Assembly (NCBI GenBank): GCA_009694475.1
Contig: SHUX01000003.1
Span: 1 to 51,477, forward strand
Direction of reading: 5' to 3'
DNA from: Thermoleophilia bacterium
GTDB lineage: Bacteria; Actinomycetota; Thermoleophilia; Gaiellales; F1-60-MAGs149
Length of the DNA stretch: 51,477 bases
The notes beneath the pieces are model-generated. The model was given only the letters and a program-made list of their open reading frames with translations, made no database searches and was not told the DNA's origin. The position numbers and the translations under genes are program-made. Of the stretch, positions 21,372 through 30,642 are shown one piece after another. Position 1 is the stretch's first letter. Every line of letters begins with the position of its first letter.

Positions 21372-22283
21372 TCAGATCAGGGTGAACGACGTCATCGCGT
21401 GGAACGCGGCGACGCGGAGTTCGACCTCGTCGCGGGTCAAGCGCTGCACGCGCTCCGTACCGAACTCCTCGACGTTGAAGGAGGCGACAATCGAGCCGTA
21501 GGCAACGGCCCGACGGAGGTGCGCGAGATCTGGTTCGGTCTCACCCGTTGCGGCCAGGTAGCCTACGAAGCCACCTGCAAACGAGTCACCGGCGCCAGTC
21601 GGATCGAAGACCTCTTCGAGTGGATAGCCAGGCAGGCCGAAGAAGCCCTCGTCGGTAAACAGCGCGGCACCATACTCGCCCCGCTTGATCACGACGATGC
21701 GCGGCCCCACCAGGGAAATCGCGCGAGCCGCCTTGACGAGCGTCGCCTCACCCGTCAACTGCCGCGCCTCGCCGTCGTTGAGGATGACGCAGTCGACCTC
21801 GCTGATCGCCGCCAGCAGCGCGTCGTTGGCGATCTCGATCCAGAGATTCATCGAATCCAGCGCGACTAGGCCTGCCTTGGACTGGCGGCGGACAGATCGC
21901 TGCAGGTCGGGTTGGATGTTGCCGAGAAACAGCACGGGCGACTCGGCTTGGGCTTCGGACAGCACAGGATCAAAGTCTGCGAACACGCCGAGCCGCGTAT
22001 CCAGCGTCTCAGCGATATTGAGGTCAAACCCGTAGCGTCCGTCCCAGGCAAAGGTCGTGCCGCCGGCGATCCGTTGAATACCCGCCGTGTCGATCCCCCG
22101 CTCTGTCAGCACAGCTTCGCTCTCGAAGTCGTCGCCGACGACGCCTACGACACCGACGTCCGTAAAGAGATTGGCAGCGAGTGCAAAGTGGACGGCGGAG
22201 CCTCCGAGTGCACGGTCGCGGCGACCAAACGGCGTCTCGAGGCTGTCGTAGGCGATCGATCCAACGGCAGTGAGCGTGTTCAC
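21372..22283 (-). CDS. PfkB-family carbohydrate/nucleoside kinase
   Basis: VGSIAYD, LGGSA and DPTGAGDSFAGG motifs. Start at GTG 22283 with TACCGT -10 7 nt upstream. Confidence 0.9.
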   Translation of the reverse strand: MNTLTAVGSIAYDSLETPFGRRDRALGGSAVHFALAANLFTDVGVVGVVGDDFESEAVLTERGIDTAGIQRIAGGTTFAWDGRYGFDLNIAETLDTRLGVFADFDPVLSEAQAESPVLFLGNIQPDLQRSVRRQSKAGLVALDSMNLWIEIANDALLAAISEVDCVILNDGEARQLTGEATLVKAARAISLVGPRIVVIKRGEYGAALFTDEGFFGLPGYPLEEVFDPTGAGDSFAGGFVGYLAATGETEPDLAHLRRAVAYGSIVASFNVEEFGTERVQRLTRDEVELRVAAFHAMTSFTLI

Positions 22284-22306
22284 GAGGCAGACGGTAGCAG
22301 CGAGCA

Positions 22307-23038
22307 CTACAGCTCCACGACCACCTTGCTGGTGCGACCTGGCATCGTGCGTAGGCCCTCTTCGACGGCCACCAGAGCGTCCCAGTCTAAGACCCAGATT
22401 AGGCGGCGTTCGATCGACGCGATGTCCTCGGAGCGCAACCAGCCCGAGACCTTGGTCAGTGTCTCTCGCGTTGTGCCTGTCATCTCGGCCAGCGAACCGT
22501 GTGTCAGGCGGATGTCGATGCGCACGCCCTCGGGGGTGACCTTGCCGAAATGGTCGGCCAGTTCGGTTAGGACACCTGCAAGTCGAGCCGGAACCGGCTG
22601 GAAGGCAAGGCCGACCAGACGCGCCTCAGAGGCGCGCAGGCGGAGTGCGTTGGAGCGTGCGAGATTGCGGGCGACAATCGGATCGACCGCGGCAAGCGTC
22701 TGTAGATCGCGCGTTGAAGACACGAGGATGTCGCAATCGGCCAGCGCCTCAACCTGCTCGGTGCGGGTCTCCTCGACGAAGGGCAGCCGACCGAACACCA
22801 TGCCCGCATCCAGCAAGCCACTCGTTAGGCAGCGACCGTCACTGTTGACGCGGACTGCGCGCGCCACACCATCGACGACCACGTACGTGCGGGCGTCGAC
22901 GTCTGCGACGCCCGAGATGATTTCACCGCGCTGGTAGCGAACGGCATGAAACGCGCTGAGGGCGCGTGTCAGACGATCGTCTTCGAGCCCATCGAAGAAC
23001 GGTGTCTCCTTGATCCTGGAAAGCAACTGCGGATTCAT
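22307..23038 (-). CDS. Crp/Fnr-family transcriptional regulator
   Basis: cNMP-binding-like N-terminal domain; C-terminal HTH LTHGSLAEMTGTTRETLTK. GGAGG SD. Confidence 0.9.
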   Translation of the reverse strand: MNPQLLSRIKETPFFDGLEDDRLTRALSAFHAVRYQRGEIISGVADVDARTYVVVDGVARAVRVNSDGRCLTSGLLDAGMVFGRLPFVEETRTEQVEALADCDILVSSTRDLQTLAAVDPIVARNLARSNALRLRASEARLVGLAFQPVPARLAGVLTELADHFGKVTPEGVRIDIRLTHGSLAEMTGTTRETLTKVSGWLRSEDIASIERRLIWVLDWDALVAVEEGLRTMPGRTSKVVVEL

Positions 23039-23184
23039 GATCAACCTCCAAATGGTGATCTGGAATCCGACGGTAAGCCGGAGCCCAAATTCATCATGGG
23101 CGGCTGGTGTTGCGTTTCTGTTGATCTCGAGTGGCGCCTAAGCGAACCTTTGTAAAGGCTCTGCGCGCAGTGTTAAGAAGGCGT

Positions 23185-23517
23185 TTAGGCGGCGTCTGGA
23201 GTGAGGATCTTGGCGAGTTCGCCCTGGGTGTGCAGTTCCTCGACAATGTCACACCCACCGACCAGCGTGCCGTCAACAAACAGCTGTGGTGTGGTGGGCC
23301 ACCCCGAGTAGGCCGACAGTTGTTGGCGAATGCGCGGGTCGGGCAGGATGTCGATGGCGATGAACTCCACGCCGCTCTCGAGAATGCGCTCGGCCACGCG
23401 TGCCGAGAATCCGCAGCGCGGCTCCTCCGGCGTGCCCTTCATAAACAGTGCGACCCGGTTGCCCGTGATGATCGCTGTGATCTCGTTGAGGATGTCCTCG
23501 TCGCTCATGACGCTCAT
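23185..23517 (-). CDS. grxD: Monothiol glutaredoxin (Grx4 family)
   Basis: LFMKGTPEEPRCGFS and SGWPTTPQLFVDGTLVGGCD motifs. ATGA-coupled to bolA. Confidence 0.95.
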   Translation of the reverse strand: MSVMSDEDILNEITAIITGNRVALFMKGTPEEPRCGFSARVAERILESGVEFIAIDILPDPRIRQQLSAYSGWPTTPQLFVDGTLVGGCDIVEELHTQGELAKILTPDAA

Positions 23518-23762
23518 GCTGATGCTCCCGGTGTACGAGGGACTGTGGTGATGGAAAGGGCGTGGATTGCTCCCGAGTCGAGGTGTTCCTGCACAGCCGC
23601 ATAGATCATTTTGTGCTGCTCGATCAGGCTCTTGCCGGCAAACTGCTCGGCCTCGACACGGACGGCGAGATGATCTCCACCGGCACCCATAAAATCGTCG
23701 ACGGTAGCCCGGCTGCCCGGCAGAGACGTCTCGATTAGTTCTTGGACGATGCTTAGTTCCAC
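23514..23762 (-). CDS. bolA: BolA/IbaG-family protein
   Basis: GGDHLAVRVEAEQFAGKSLIEQHKMIY...GAIHALSITT; adjacent to Grx4. Confidence 0.92.
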   Translation of the reverse strand: MELSIVQELIETSLPGSRATVDDFMGAGGDHLAVRVEAEQFAGKSLIEQHKMIYAAVQEHLDSGAIHALSITTVPRTPGASA

Positions 23763-24838
23763 GGACGAAGGGTAGCGTAGGCTCGCGGCAAATCCGGCAC
23801 CTTCGCTGCGTCGACCTTGCGTAGGCATGGCCGAACCCAGTGGCTGTTCGTGCGCAGGAAAGGCGACGCTGCAAGGTCGCTCGTACCGGGGTCGTAGACA
23901 AGGCGCCAGCGAGCCCGACTCCAGGCTCCTCGGGTCGAGCAGCCACCGCGCAGCAGGCCAGCGTCCACGGACTGCACGCGCTCGCCGCTACGACACACGG
24001 CTGTGCCTCGCTGTTCGCCCGGCAAGATGCCCTCCCAACTGAAGCGGAGACCTGCCACACCGGGAGCAACCACGCTCCCCGCGAGCAGCGTAAGGTCGCG
24101 AACCAACGCTCGGCCCTGCGCGTCGACGCCGTCACGACTGGCTGCCAGCCGCAGCTGAATCTGTGGGCGCACGCCAACAACGCCGAGACGGATGCGCTGT
24201 GGCGCCTCGAACCCACTCTCAAGCACGAGCCAGGCGACCGCATTGACCGTTGGTGTAATGACACCGCTGACGTGACCATGTTCGTTTGCGGTCAGCAGGG
24301 TCGCGACGGGGCCGTGTCCGGCAACGGTCGCCTCGAGCACAACCTGTGCCTCGGCGTCAAGCCGGTCGGTGGGCAACTGGCCCGTGATTGCAACCCTCGT
24401 TCCAGCCGTCACCACCCACTGCGCCAGCCGGACCGGCGTACCATCAACGCTTCCAGCCTTCAGTGGCCCACCGTGCGCTACGGCATCCGAGGCATGCGCG
24501 ACGAGTGCCGTTGGCGTTGACCATGCCTCGTCGGTACCCGCCGCGGTCTCGACCACGACGTGGACTCGCAAGCGCCGACCGCTATCGGCACCGTCTACGA
24601 GGTACGACGGATCGTGTGCAGCGGGTATCGCGACAAAGCCAATGCCCTCCATTGAGCGCTCCCAGGTCAGTGTCAGATCGGCATCCGTAGCCTCATCGAT
24701 GAGTGTGTCGAACGCCTCGAGACGATCACCAACGATCGCCTCACCACTGATCGTGGGTGGACTCGTGATCGTGGGCGCCGCCGAGCAGGTCGTCGTGACA
24801 ACCAGGAGAAGCAGGAGCGCGAGGAGCGCGAGTCTCAT
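23753..24838 (-). CDS. Secreted hypothetical protein with an N-terminal Ig-like repeat
   Basis: Signal peptide MRLALLALLLLLVVTTTCSA, then PPTISGEAIVGDRL...LTWER...SYLVDGADSGRRLRVHV (Ig-like pattern). ATGA overlap with the upstream gene. Confidence 0.7.
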   Translation of the reverse strand: MRLALLALLLLLVVTTTCSAAPTITSPPTISGEAIVGDRLEAFDTLIDEATDADLTLTWERSMEGIGFVAIPAAHDPSYLVDGADSGRRLRVHVVVETAAGTDEAWSTPTALVAHASDAVAHGGPLKAGSVDGTPVRLAQWVVTAGTRVAITGQLPTDRLDAEAQVVLEATVAGHGPVATLLTANEHGHVSGVITPTVNAVAWLVLESGFEAPQRIRLGVVGVRPQIQLRLAASRDGVDAQGRALVRDLTLLAGSVVAPGVAGLRFSWEGILPGEQRGTAVCRSGERVQSVDAGLLRGGCSTRGAWSRARWRLVYDPGTSDLAASPFLRTNSHWVRPCLRKVDAAKVPDLPRAYATLRPWN

Positions 24839-25980
24839 CGGCAGGTGAGCGCGGCCGAGCCAAGGCCGCAGGCTGGTGTGGGTGCAGAGTTCGCCACGCC
24901 GACAGTGACTGTTGAAGGTAGGAGTGCAGCGCTTACAGCGGGTACAGCCGCTCCGCTAGCGACGCCGCTCGACGCTGGCGTGGCAGCACGAGGACGAGTG
25001 GGCTTCGGTCCAGGCGCACGCACTTCGGTAGATAGCCGGCGAGCCGCCTCGAGAGCCAGCATGCGCCCGGCGGGACCAAACGGTCCTTCTCCATTGAACG
25101 CCGAAACCTCGGGCTGCGGCTCGGCTAGCACTCGAGCTGGTGGAGCCTGCCCCTCAAGCAGGCTCGCAGTCGTCAGCGCACCAAGCGTGCCCAGCAACAG
25201 CAGTGAGGCCGTCACTCCTCCGACCAATCGCCAGCGCACTGCTCGACGCACGGCAATATCGACGTGATCGGAGACCCGTACGAGCACGCCGCCACCGAGA
25301 CCGGCGGCCCTGCCCCGCGCCGCCACGCCCTGCCATTCGGGGCGCAGCCGGAAGATCGCCATCCAGAGGCTGTTCGAGGAACGGCCTGTACGGCGCCCGG
25401 CTTCGACGTACGAGAGTTCCGAACTGACGAGTCCGAGCGCGATCTCGTTGGGTATGCCGATACGCTCGGCCGTCATGGCGGCGGTCCGCTCGACGTCAAT
25501 CCGAAAGCGCGTCAGATCGACGGGATCGCGATCCTGCTCGCCAACTGTTTCGACGCGCAACTCCTCGACGCGCTCCTGCCGGCGGCGTTGCGTATCGGAG
25601 CGCCACGCCTCGCGTCGCATTGCTCCCTCGACCACCAGGTAGGCAAACAGGCCAGTCGGCCCGGTCCATTGCAGCACACGGGTGCGCTCAAGATCGATCG
25701 GTTCCCACAGTCGTGCTGTTGCCTCGTCGAGCAGGAGCTGGTCGGAGCGCGTGATCTGCGAGGCATGTTCAAGGGCGATGGCAAGCTGGAGCGCACGCGC
25801 CACCCCGTCGGCGACGGCCTGCCGACGTTGCTCCATGCTCTGAATGGCGGCCGCCGGAACCGCCTCGCTGAGGACGAGCAGCACGGCTGGGCGCGAGCAG
25901 ACATCTCGGATGGCATCGGCAGAGAGCGTCGGCTTGACCGAGAGGGTGGGGCTCAGATCTGGGGTCGTCGTGGCTGCCAT
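24835..25980 (-). CDS. Hypothetical membrane protein, probable divergent ECF sigma-70-like factor with a C-terminal transmembrane helix
   Basis: Sigma4-like ELSYVEAGRRTGRSSNSLWMAIFRLR and a sigma2-like segment (DEATARLW...LFAYLVV...AMRREAWR). Hydrophobic LVGGVTASLLLLGTLGALTTASLL followed by a Pro/Ala-rich tail. Confidence 0.55.
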   Translation of the reverse strand: MAATTTPDLSPTLSVKPTLSADAIRDVCSRPAVLLVLSEAVPAAAIQSMEQRRQAVADGVARALQLAIALEHASQITRSDQLLLDEATARLWEPIDLERTRVLQWTGPTGLFAYLVVEGAMRREAWRSDTQRRRQERVEELRVETVGEQDRDPVDLTRFRIDVERTAAMTAERIGIPNEIALGLVSSELSYVEAGRRTGRSSNSLWMAIFRLRPEWQGVAARGRAAGLGGGVLVRVSDHVDIAVRRAVRWRLVGGVTASLLLLGTLGALTTASLLEGQAPPARVLAEPQPEVSAFNGEGPFGPAGRMLALEAARRLSTEVRAPGPKPTRPRAATPASSGVASGAAVPAVSAALLPSTVTVGVANSAPTPACGLGSAALTCR

Positions 25981-26042
25981 GGGGGGACAACTTCCGAACC
26001 TAGTCGCCCGCGCAGCATACGTCCGGCGTTGAGTGAGACGGC

Positions 26043-26930
26043 TTACGCAGGCGGGATCACGATGGCGCCGAGCGTCTGCACCTCGTGCTCGAGCTCGACG
26101 CCAAATTGCTCACGCGCCCGGCGACGGGCCTCGACCATGACGGCCAGCACGTCGGCCGAGGTGGCATTGGCGAAGTTCTCGATGAAGTTCGCGTGCTTCT
26201 CGGAAATCCGCGCACCACCAACCGTGTAGCCCTTCAGGCCACAGGCCTCCAAGAGTTGGCCGCTGGTCTGCTCACCCGGCGGGTTCTTGAAGACGCTGCC
26301 GAAGGTACGTGCCTTACGTGGCTGGGCGGCCGAACGGCGCCCCTGGTAGTCCCGCACGAGCGCCTTGATGGCGGCTGCGTCGCCCGGAGCGAGGGCCAGT
26401 GTGGCCTGCGTGACGATCTCGCCGGGTTCGAGGTTGGAATGGCGGTACGTCAATCCGAGTTCGTCGGCTCGCGCATGGCGTACGCCCGCCGCACTACAGA
26501 TCGTCACACTCACGAGCGCGTTTTTCAGTTCGTACCCGTAGGCACCGGCATTCATCCGTACAGCACCACCGATCGTGCCAGGGATCGCGCAGGCGAATTC
26601 GAACCCCGCGAGCCCAGCATCCCCCACCTTGCGCACGACGGCCGCGAGGGGCGCGCCACCACCGACCGTGGCTCCAGTCGCGGTCACCTCAATTCCAGCG
26701 AGCGCGCCAGCCAGGCGTAGCACGAGCCCGGCGAAGCCGGTGTCTGCAGGCAGCAGATTCGAGCCGAGGCCGATCACGGCGATCTGCAACTCCTGCTGTT
26801 CCGCCCAGCGCAGCATCGCCAAAAGAGCGAGTTCCTCGTTCGGCTCGGCCAGATACTGCGCGAGTCCCCCTGTGCCAATCGTCGTAAAACGACTCAGCGG
26901 CACATCCGTCTCGACGCCGGCGGGCAGCAT
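26043..26930 (-). CDS. murB: UDP-N-acetylmuramate dehydrogenase
   Basis: TTIGTGG, IGLGSNLL, IPGTIGGAVRMNAGAYG, GSVFKNP and SEKHANF motifs. Confidence 0.96.
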   Translation of the reverse strand: MLPAGVETDVPLSRFTTIGTGGLAQYLAEPNEELALLAMLRWAEQQELQIAVIGLGSNLLPADTGFAGLVLRLAGALAGIEVTATGATVGGGAPLAAVVRKVGDAGLAGFEFACAIPGTIGGAVRMNAGAYGYELKNALVSVTICSAAGVRHARADELGLTYRHSNLEPGEIVTQATLALAPGDAAAIKALVRDYQGRRSAAQPRKARTFGSVFKNPPGEQTSGQLLEACGLKGYTVGGARISEKHANFIENFANATSADVLAVMVEARRRAREQFGVELEHEVQTLGAIVIPPA

Positions 26931-26932
26931 GC

Positions 26933-28240
26933 TCAATTGAGCACCGCCCGCGCGATACGGTCGACGGGACCGGCACCACAACAGAGAATCAGATCGCCGT
27001 TGCGCGCAATCCCCTGGATCTCGCGTGCTGCTGCACCGCCCGTTGCGATAAAGACGGCCTTCGATCCGACGAGCTGCGCAATTCGGCGAGCACTGGCCTC
27101 GGGGTCGGGCGTCCCACGCGCCACGTACGTCTCGACCACAATCACCCGATCGGCGGCCTTCAAAACCTCGGCGAACTCCTCGCCGAAGGCAATCGTGCGC
27201 CAGGGCATATGCGGCTGGAAGAGCACGATCAGCCGCTTCGGCTCGCGCCCACGCGCAGCCGCGATCGCGGCTGCGAGTTCGGTTGGGTGGTGCGCATAGT
27301 CGTCAACGACGGTGTACCCAAAAGCACGACCGACGACCTCGAAACGACGCCCAGCCCCTTCGAAGCGTTCAAGCGCTGCGAAGGCCTCGTCTAGTGGTAC
27401 TCCGAGCCGCTCCAGCACGAGTGCAGCGGCGCAGGCATTGCCAGCATTGTGGACGCCCGGTACGGCGAGTCGTACCCGCTCCGGTCCACGGGATGGACGA
27501 AAGGCGACGCCATCGCCATCAGCAGTCGCAGCCAGCGCCCGCAAGCCCTCGCCTGGACCAACGCCAAAGCGTGCAACCTCGGCCACCGGGGCAATCGCGA
27601 CCCCATCTCCGAGCACGATCAGCCCATCCGTCGGCACCGTCTCTGCCCACTCACCCAGCAGGGCAAGGACATCGTCGACGGAGTCGTAGTGGTCAACATG
27701 ATCGAAGTCGACATTGAGGATGACGCCGATCGTGGCCGGTAGTTGCCGCACCGACCGATCCGACTCATCGCCCTCAACGATCGCCAGCATGTCAGCCCCA
27801 CCGCGCGCGTTGGTCCCGAGCTGCCGAACGTCGCCACCAACCACGAAGGTCGGCTCGAGGCCAAGTTCGACGGCAGCAAACGCCAGCATGGCGCTCGTCG
27901 TGGTCTTGCCGTGGGCACCGGTCACAACAATGCGCTCGGTGTGTTCTCGGAGGATCTCTGCGAGTGCCTCTGCACGGTGCTGGATCGGCAGGCCCCGCTC
28001 GCGCGCGCGGACCAACTCGGGCAGGTCATCTGGGATCGCGCCCGAAACGATCAGGCGTTCAGCGGCGGCGGCGTGCTCGGCACTGTGACCGATCACACAT
28101 GCAATCCCCTCGGCGATCAGCGCCTTTGTCAGTAGGCTCTCCTCGCGATCGCAGCCCGTCACAACTTGCCCGCGCTGGGCGAGCACGCGGGCGATGCCAC
28201 TCATGCCTGCACCTCCGATTCCGACCAGATGGACGCTCAT
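26933..28240 (-). CDS. murC: UDP-N-acetylmuramate--L-alanine ligase
   Basis: HLVGIGGAGMSG, GAHGKTTTS, EGDESD, DDYAHHPTE and FQPH motifs. Confidence 0.96.
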   Translation of the reverse strand: MSVHLVGIGGAGMSGIARVLAQRGQVVTGCDREESLLTKALIAEGIACVIGHSAEHAAAAERLIVSGAIPDDLPELVRARERGLPIQHRAEALAEILREHTERIVVTGAHGKTTTSAMLAFAAVELGLEPTFVVGGDVRQLGTNARGGADMLAIVEGDESDRSVRQLPATIGVILNVDFDHVDHYDSVDDVLALLGEWAETVPTDGLIVLGDGVAIAPVAEVARFGVGPGEGLRALAATADGDGVAFRPSRGPERVRLAVPGVHNAGNACAAALVLERLGVPLDEAFAALERFEGAGRRFEVVGRAFGYTVVDDYAHHPTELAAAIAAARGREPKRLIVLFQPHMPWRTIAFGEEFAEVLKAADRVIVVETYVARGTPDPEASARRIAQLVGSKAVFIATGGAAAREIQGIARNGDLILCCGAGPVDRIARAVLN

Positions 28241-29310
28241 CGCTTGGCCCTCTCCGCGAGGCGCAGGAGTTCGCCCGCTATCTCCTGTGCCGCGTTGGGA
28301 CGCGCCAGCGTCTGCATCGCATGCTCCATCTGGCTGCGACGTTCGGAGTTGCCTACGATGGCGTCGATTGCCTTGCGTAGACCGTGCGGCGTCAACTGCG
28401 CATCGGAGATGACGGTGGCCGCACCCGCGGCAGCAAACGAGGCGGCGTTGAGCGTCTGGTGATCGTCTGCCGCTCCCGCCCACGGCACGAGCACCGCGGC
28501 TCGTCCGGCTGCGGCCACCTCCGCGACCGACCCGCCGGCTCGGGCAACCACGACATCGGCGGCCGCAAGCAGCACGGGCAGTGCGGTGCTGAACTCCTGC
28601 TCGTCAAACCGATCTGGACCGCCCGCCGTGCGAGCCTTGCCACGCCCCGCGATCAGATAGACGCGCTGCCCGACCGGCACGGCGTCGTCATACGCGGCAC
28701 GGAGCGCAGTGTTAATCGGGCTGGCGCCGAGCGACCCCCCGAAGGCGACGATCACGCGCTCGTCGATCCCGATGCCGAGTTGGTGCCGAGCATCAGCGCG
28801 CGTCGTCTCGAAAAAGGCGCGGTCGACAGGGCGGCCAGTGACGAGGTACTTGGCCTCCGTACGGCCAGCCACGGGAAAGGCAAGAAAGACGCGATCGACT
28901 AGCGGTGCTGCCAGCCGATTAGCGAGCCCAATTCGCGCGTCGGCCTCGCTTAACGCCGCAGGAATCGCATGCCGACGCGCCGCCACCAGCATCGGGCCAG
29001 CAACATAGCCCCCAGCCCCAAAGATGGCGTCGGGGCGAACAGCTTTGATGATGCGGGAGCACGCGAACGGGGCGACGGCTGCCCTGCCCAGGGCCCTGAC
29101 GAGCGCAAGGCTTGGGCGTCGCGGGAAGCCCTCCACGAGAAACGGCAGAAACGGGTAGCCTCGCGCTGGCACGAGCTCGGCCTCGATCCGCGTTGGTGTA
29201 CCAGCGAAGGTGACGAATGCCCCACGCTCGCGCAGGGCGTCGGCGACGGCCAGCGCTGGCGCAACGTGACCAACGGTTCCGCCAGCGGCAATTAGGATCC
29301 GCACCGGCAT
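28237..29310 (-). CDS. murG: Lipid II N-acetylglucosaminyltransferase
   Basis: AAGGTVGHVAP, GAGGYVAGP, FGGSLGA, ARAGG and HQTLNA motifs. Confidence 0.96.
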   Translation of the reverse strand: MPVRILIAAGGTVGHVAPALAVADALRERGAFVTFAGTPTRIEAELVPARGYPFLPFLVEGFPRRPSLALVRALGRAAVAPFACSRIIKAVRPDAIFGAGGYVAGPMLVAARRHAIPAALSEADARIGLANRLAAPLVDRVFLAFPVAGRTEAKYLVTGRPVDRAFFETTRADARHQLGIGIDERVIVAFGGSLGASPINTALRAAYDDAVPVGQRVYLIAGRGKARTAGGPDRFDEQEFSTALPVLLAAADVVVARAGGSVAEVAAAGRAAVLVPWAGAADDHQTLNAASFAAAGAATVISDAQLTPHGLRKAIDAIVGNSERRSQMEHAMQTLARPNAAQEIAGELLRLAERAKR

Positions 29311-29339
29311 GTCTCCAAGGCTAGAGGACGATGCGGCGT

Positions 29340-30599
29340 CTAGCCGACATTCGTGGCGGCTCGCCGACGGGTCGCACGCGGCGCGGGACCATCGGGAGTG
29401 GGCCCTGGCGCCCGCGTGCGCTTGATCTGGGGCAGCATTTGTGGTTCGCGACTAATCGCAATCAACATACCGACCAGCGCGAGCACCACGATTCTCGACG
29501 ACGAGCCATACGAGATCAACGGCAGTGGAATACCCGTCAGCGGGAGGATGCCCATCACTGCGCCGAGGTTGACGATCGCCTGGCCCACGATCAGCGCCGT
29601 TGCACCGGCAGCGAGCAACCGTTGAAACGGATCGGCTGTCCGCATCGCGATCGTGTAGCCCGCCCAGGCAAAGACAGCAAAAAGTCCGATGATGGCAATC
29701 GATCCAACCAGCCCTAACTCTTCACCGATCACGGCAAAGATCATGTCGGTGTGCGCCTCGGGTAGAAAGTTGACTTTTTGTACGCTGCTCCCGAGCCCGG
29801 CTCCGAAGATGCCTCCCGAGCCAATCGCGATCATCGATTGCACGACCTGGTACGCGCCATCGGCACTCTGCCCCCACGGATCGAGGAACGCAAAGATGCG
29901 ATCACGCCGGTACGGCGCCGCGTACACCAACAACGCCCCGAGCAACATGCCAGCACTGATCAGCTTGGCCAGCAGCAGCTTCTTCGTCCCTGCCACAACC
30001 AGCAGCGCCAACACCATGATGCAAATCGCAATCGTCGTACCGAGATCGGGCTGCACCATGATCAGAGCGCAGACGATGCCCACGACGAGCCCAATGGGCA
30101 TCAGAATCTCTCGGACGTTTTCTGGCGGACGCTTTTTGGTTGTCAGCATCGCCGCGACAATTACGAGCGTCCCGATCTTCGCAAACTCTGACGGTTGAAT
30201 CGTGATTGGTCCGAGCGCGAGCCAGCGGGCAGCACCATTGGCTGTAACGCCAATCCCGGGGACCTTCACGGCAACAAGCCCAATCAGCGCGACAATAAAG
30301 ACGACTGGCGCAAAGCGGCGCAACCAGCCGGCAGGTACGAAAACCAGTCCGACCATTAGCGCCACACCAATCACCGTGTACAACAGTCCGGTCTTGATGA
30401 AGTACAACGAGTCGAAATTAAACTCGGAGTGCGTCATCGCATACGCGCTGGACGCCGAGTAGACCATCAGTTGCCCGAATACCGTCAGAACGATCGTGAC
30501 GATCCCCAAGACCTCCGCCTCGAGCGGCAATTTGCGCCGCAGCAGCCGCGGGGCAGTGTCATTAGAACGAAACAGTCGAAGCGGGTTTGCGCGTTTCAC
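29340..30599 (-). CDS. ftsW: SEDS peptidoglycan polymerase FtsW
   Basis: MVYSAS, NGAARW, IQPSEFAK, QPDLGT, LPEAHTDMIFAVIGEELG and TGIPLPLISYGSS motifs. Confidence 0.96.
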   Translation of the reverse strand: MKRANPLRLFRSNDTAPRLLRRKLPLEAEVLGIVTIVLTVFGQLMVYSASSAYAMTHSEFNFDSLYFIKTGLLYTVIGVALMVGLVFVPAGWLRRFAPVVFIVALIGLVAVKVPGIGVTANGAARWLALGPITIQPSEFAKIGTLVIVAAMLTTKKRPPENVREILMPIGLVVGIVCALIMVQPDLGTTIAICIMVLALLVVAGTKKLLLAKLISAGMLLGALLVYAAPYRRDRIFAFLDPWGQSADGAYQVVQSMIAIGSGGIFGAGLGSSVQKVNFLPEAHTDMIFAVIGEELGLVGSIAIIGLFAVFAWAGYTIAMRTADPFQRLLAAGATALIVGQAIVNLGAVMGILPLTGIPLPLISYGSSSRIVVLALVGMLIAISREPQMLPQIKRTRAPGPTPDGPAPRATRRRAATNVG

Positions 30600-30642
30600 A
30601 CCGGTGGTTTCGCCACCCGCTTGGCATCCCCTCTACCTCGTA

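Noticed and set aside
24835-25980. ftsQ, suggested by its position after murB
   Set aside because: The TM helix is late in the protein and is followed by a low-complexity tail rather than a POTRA domain.
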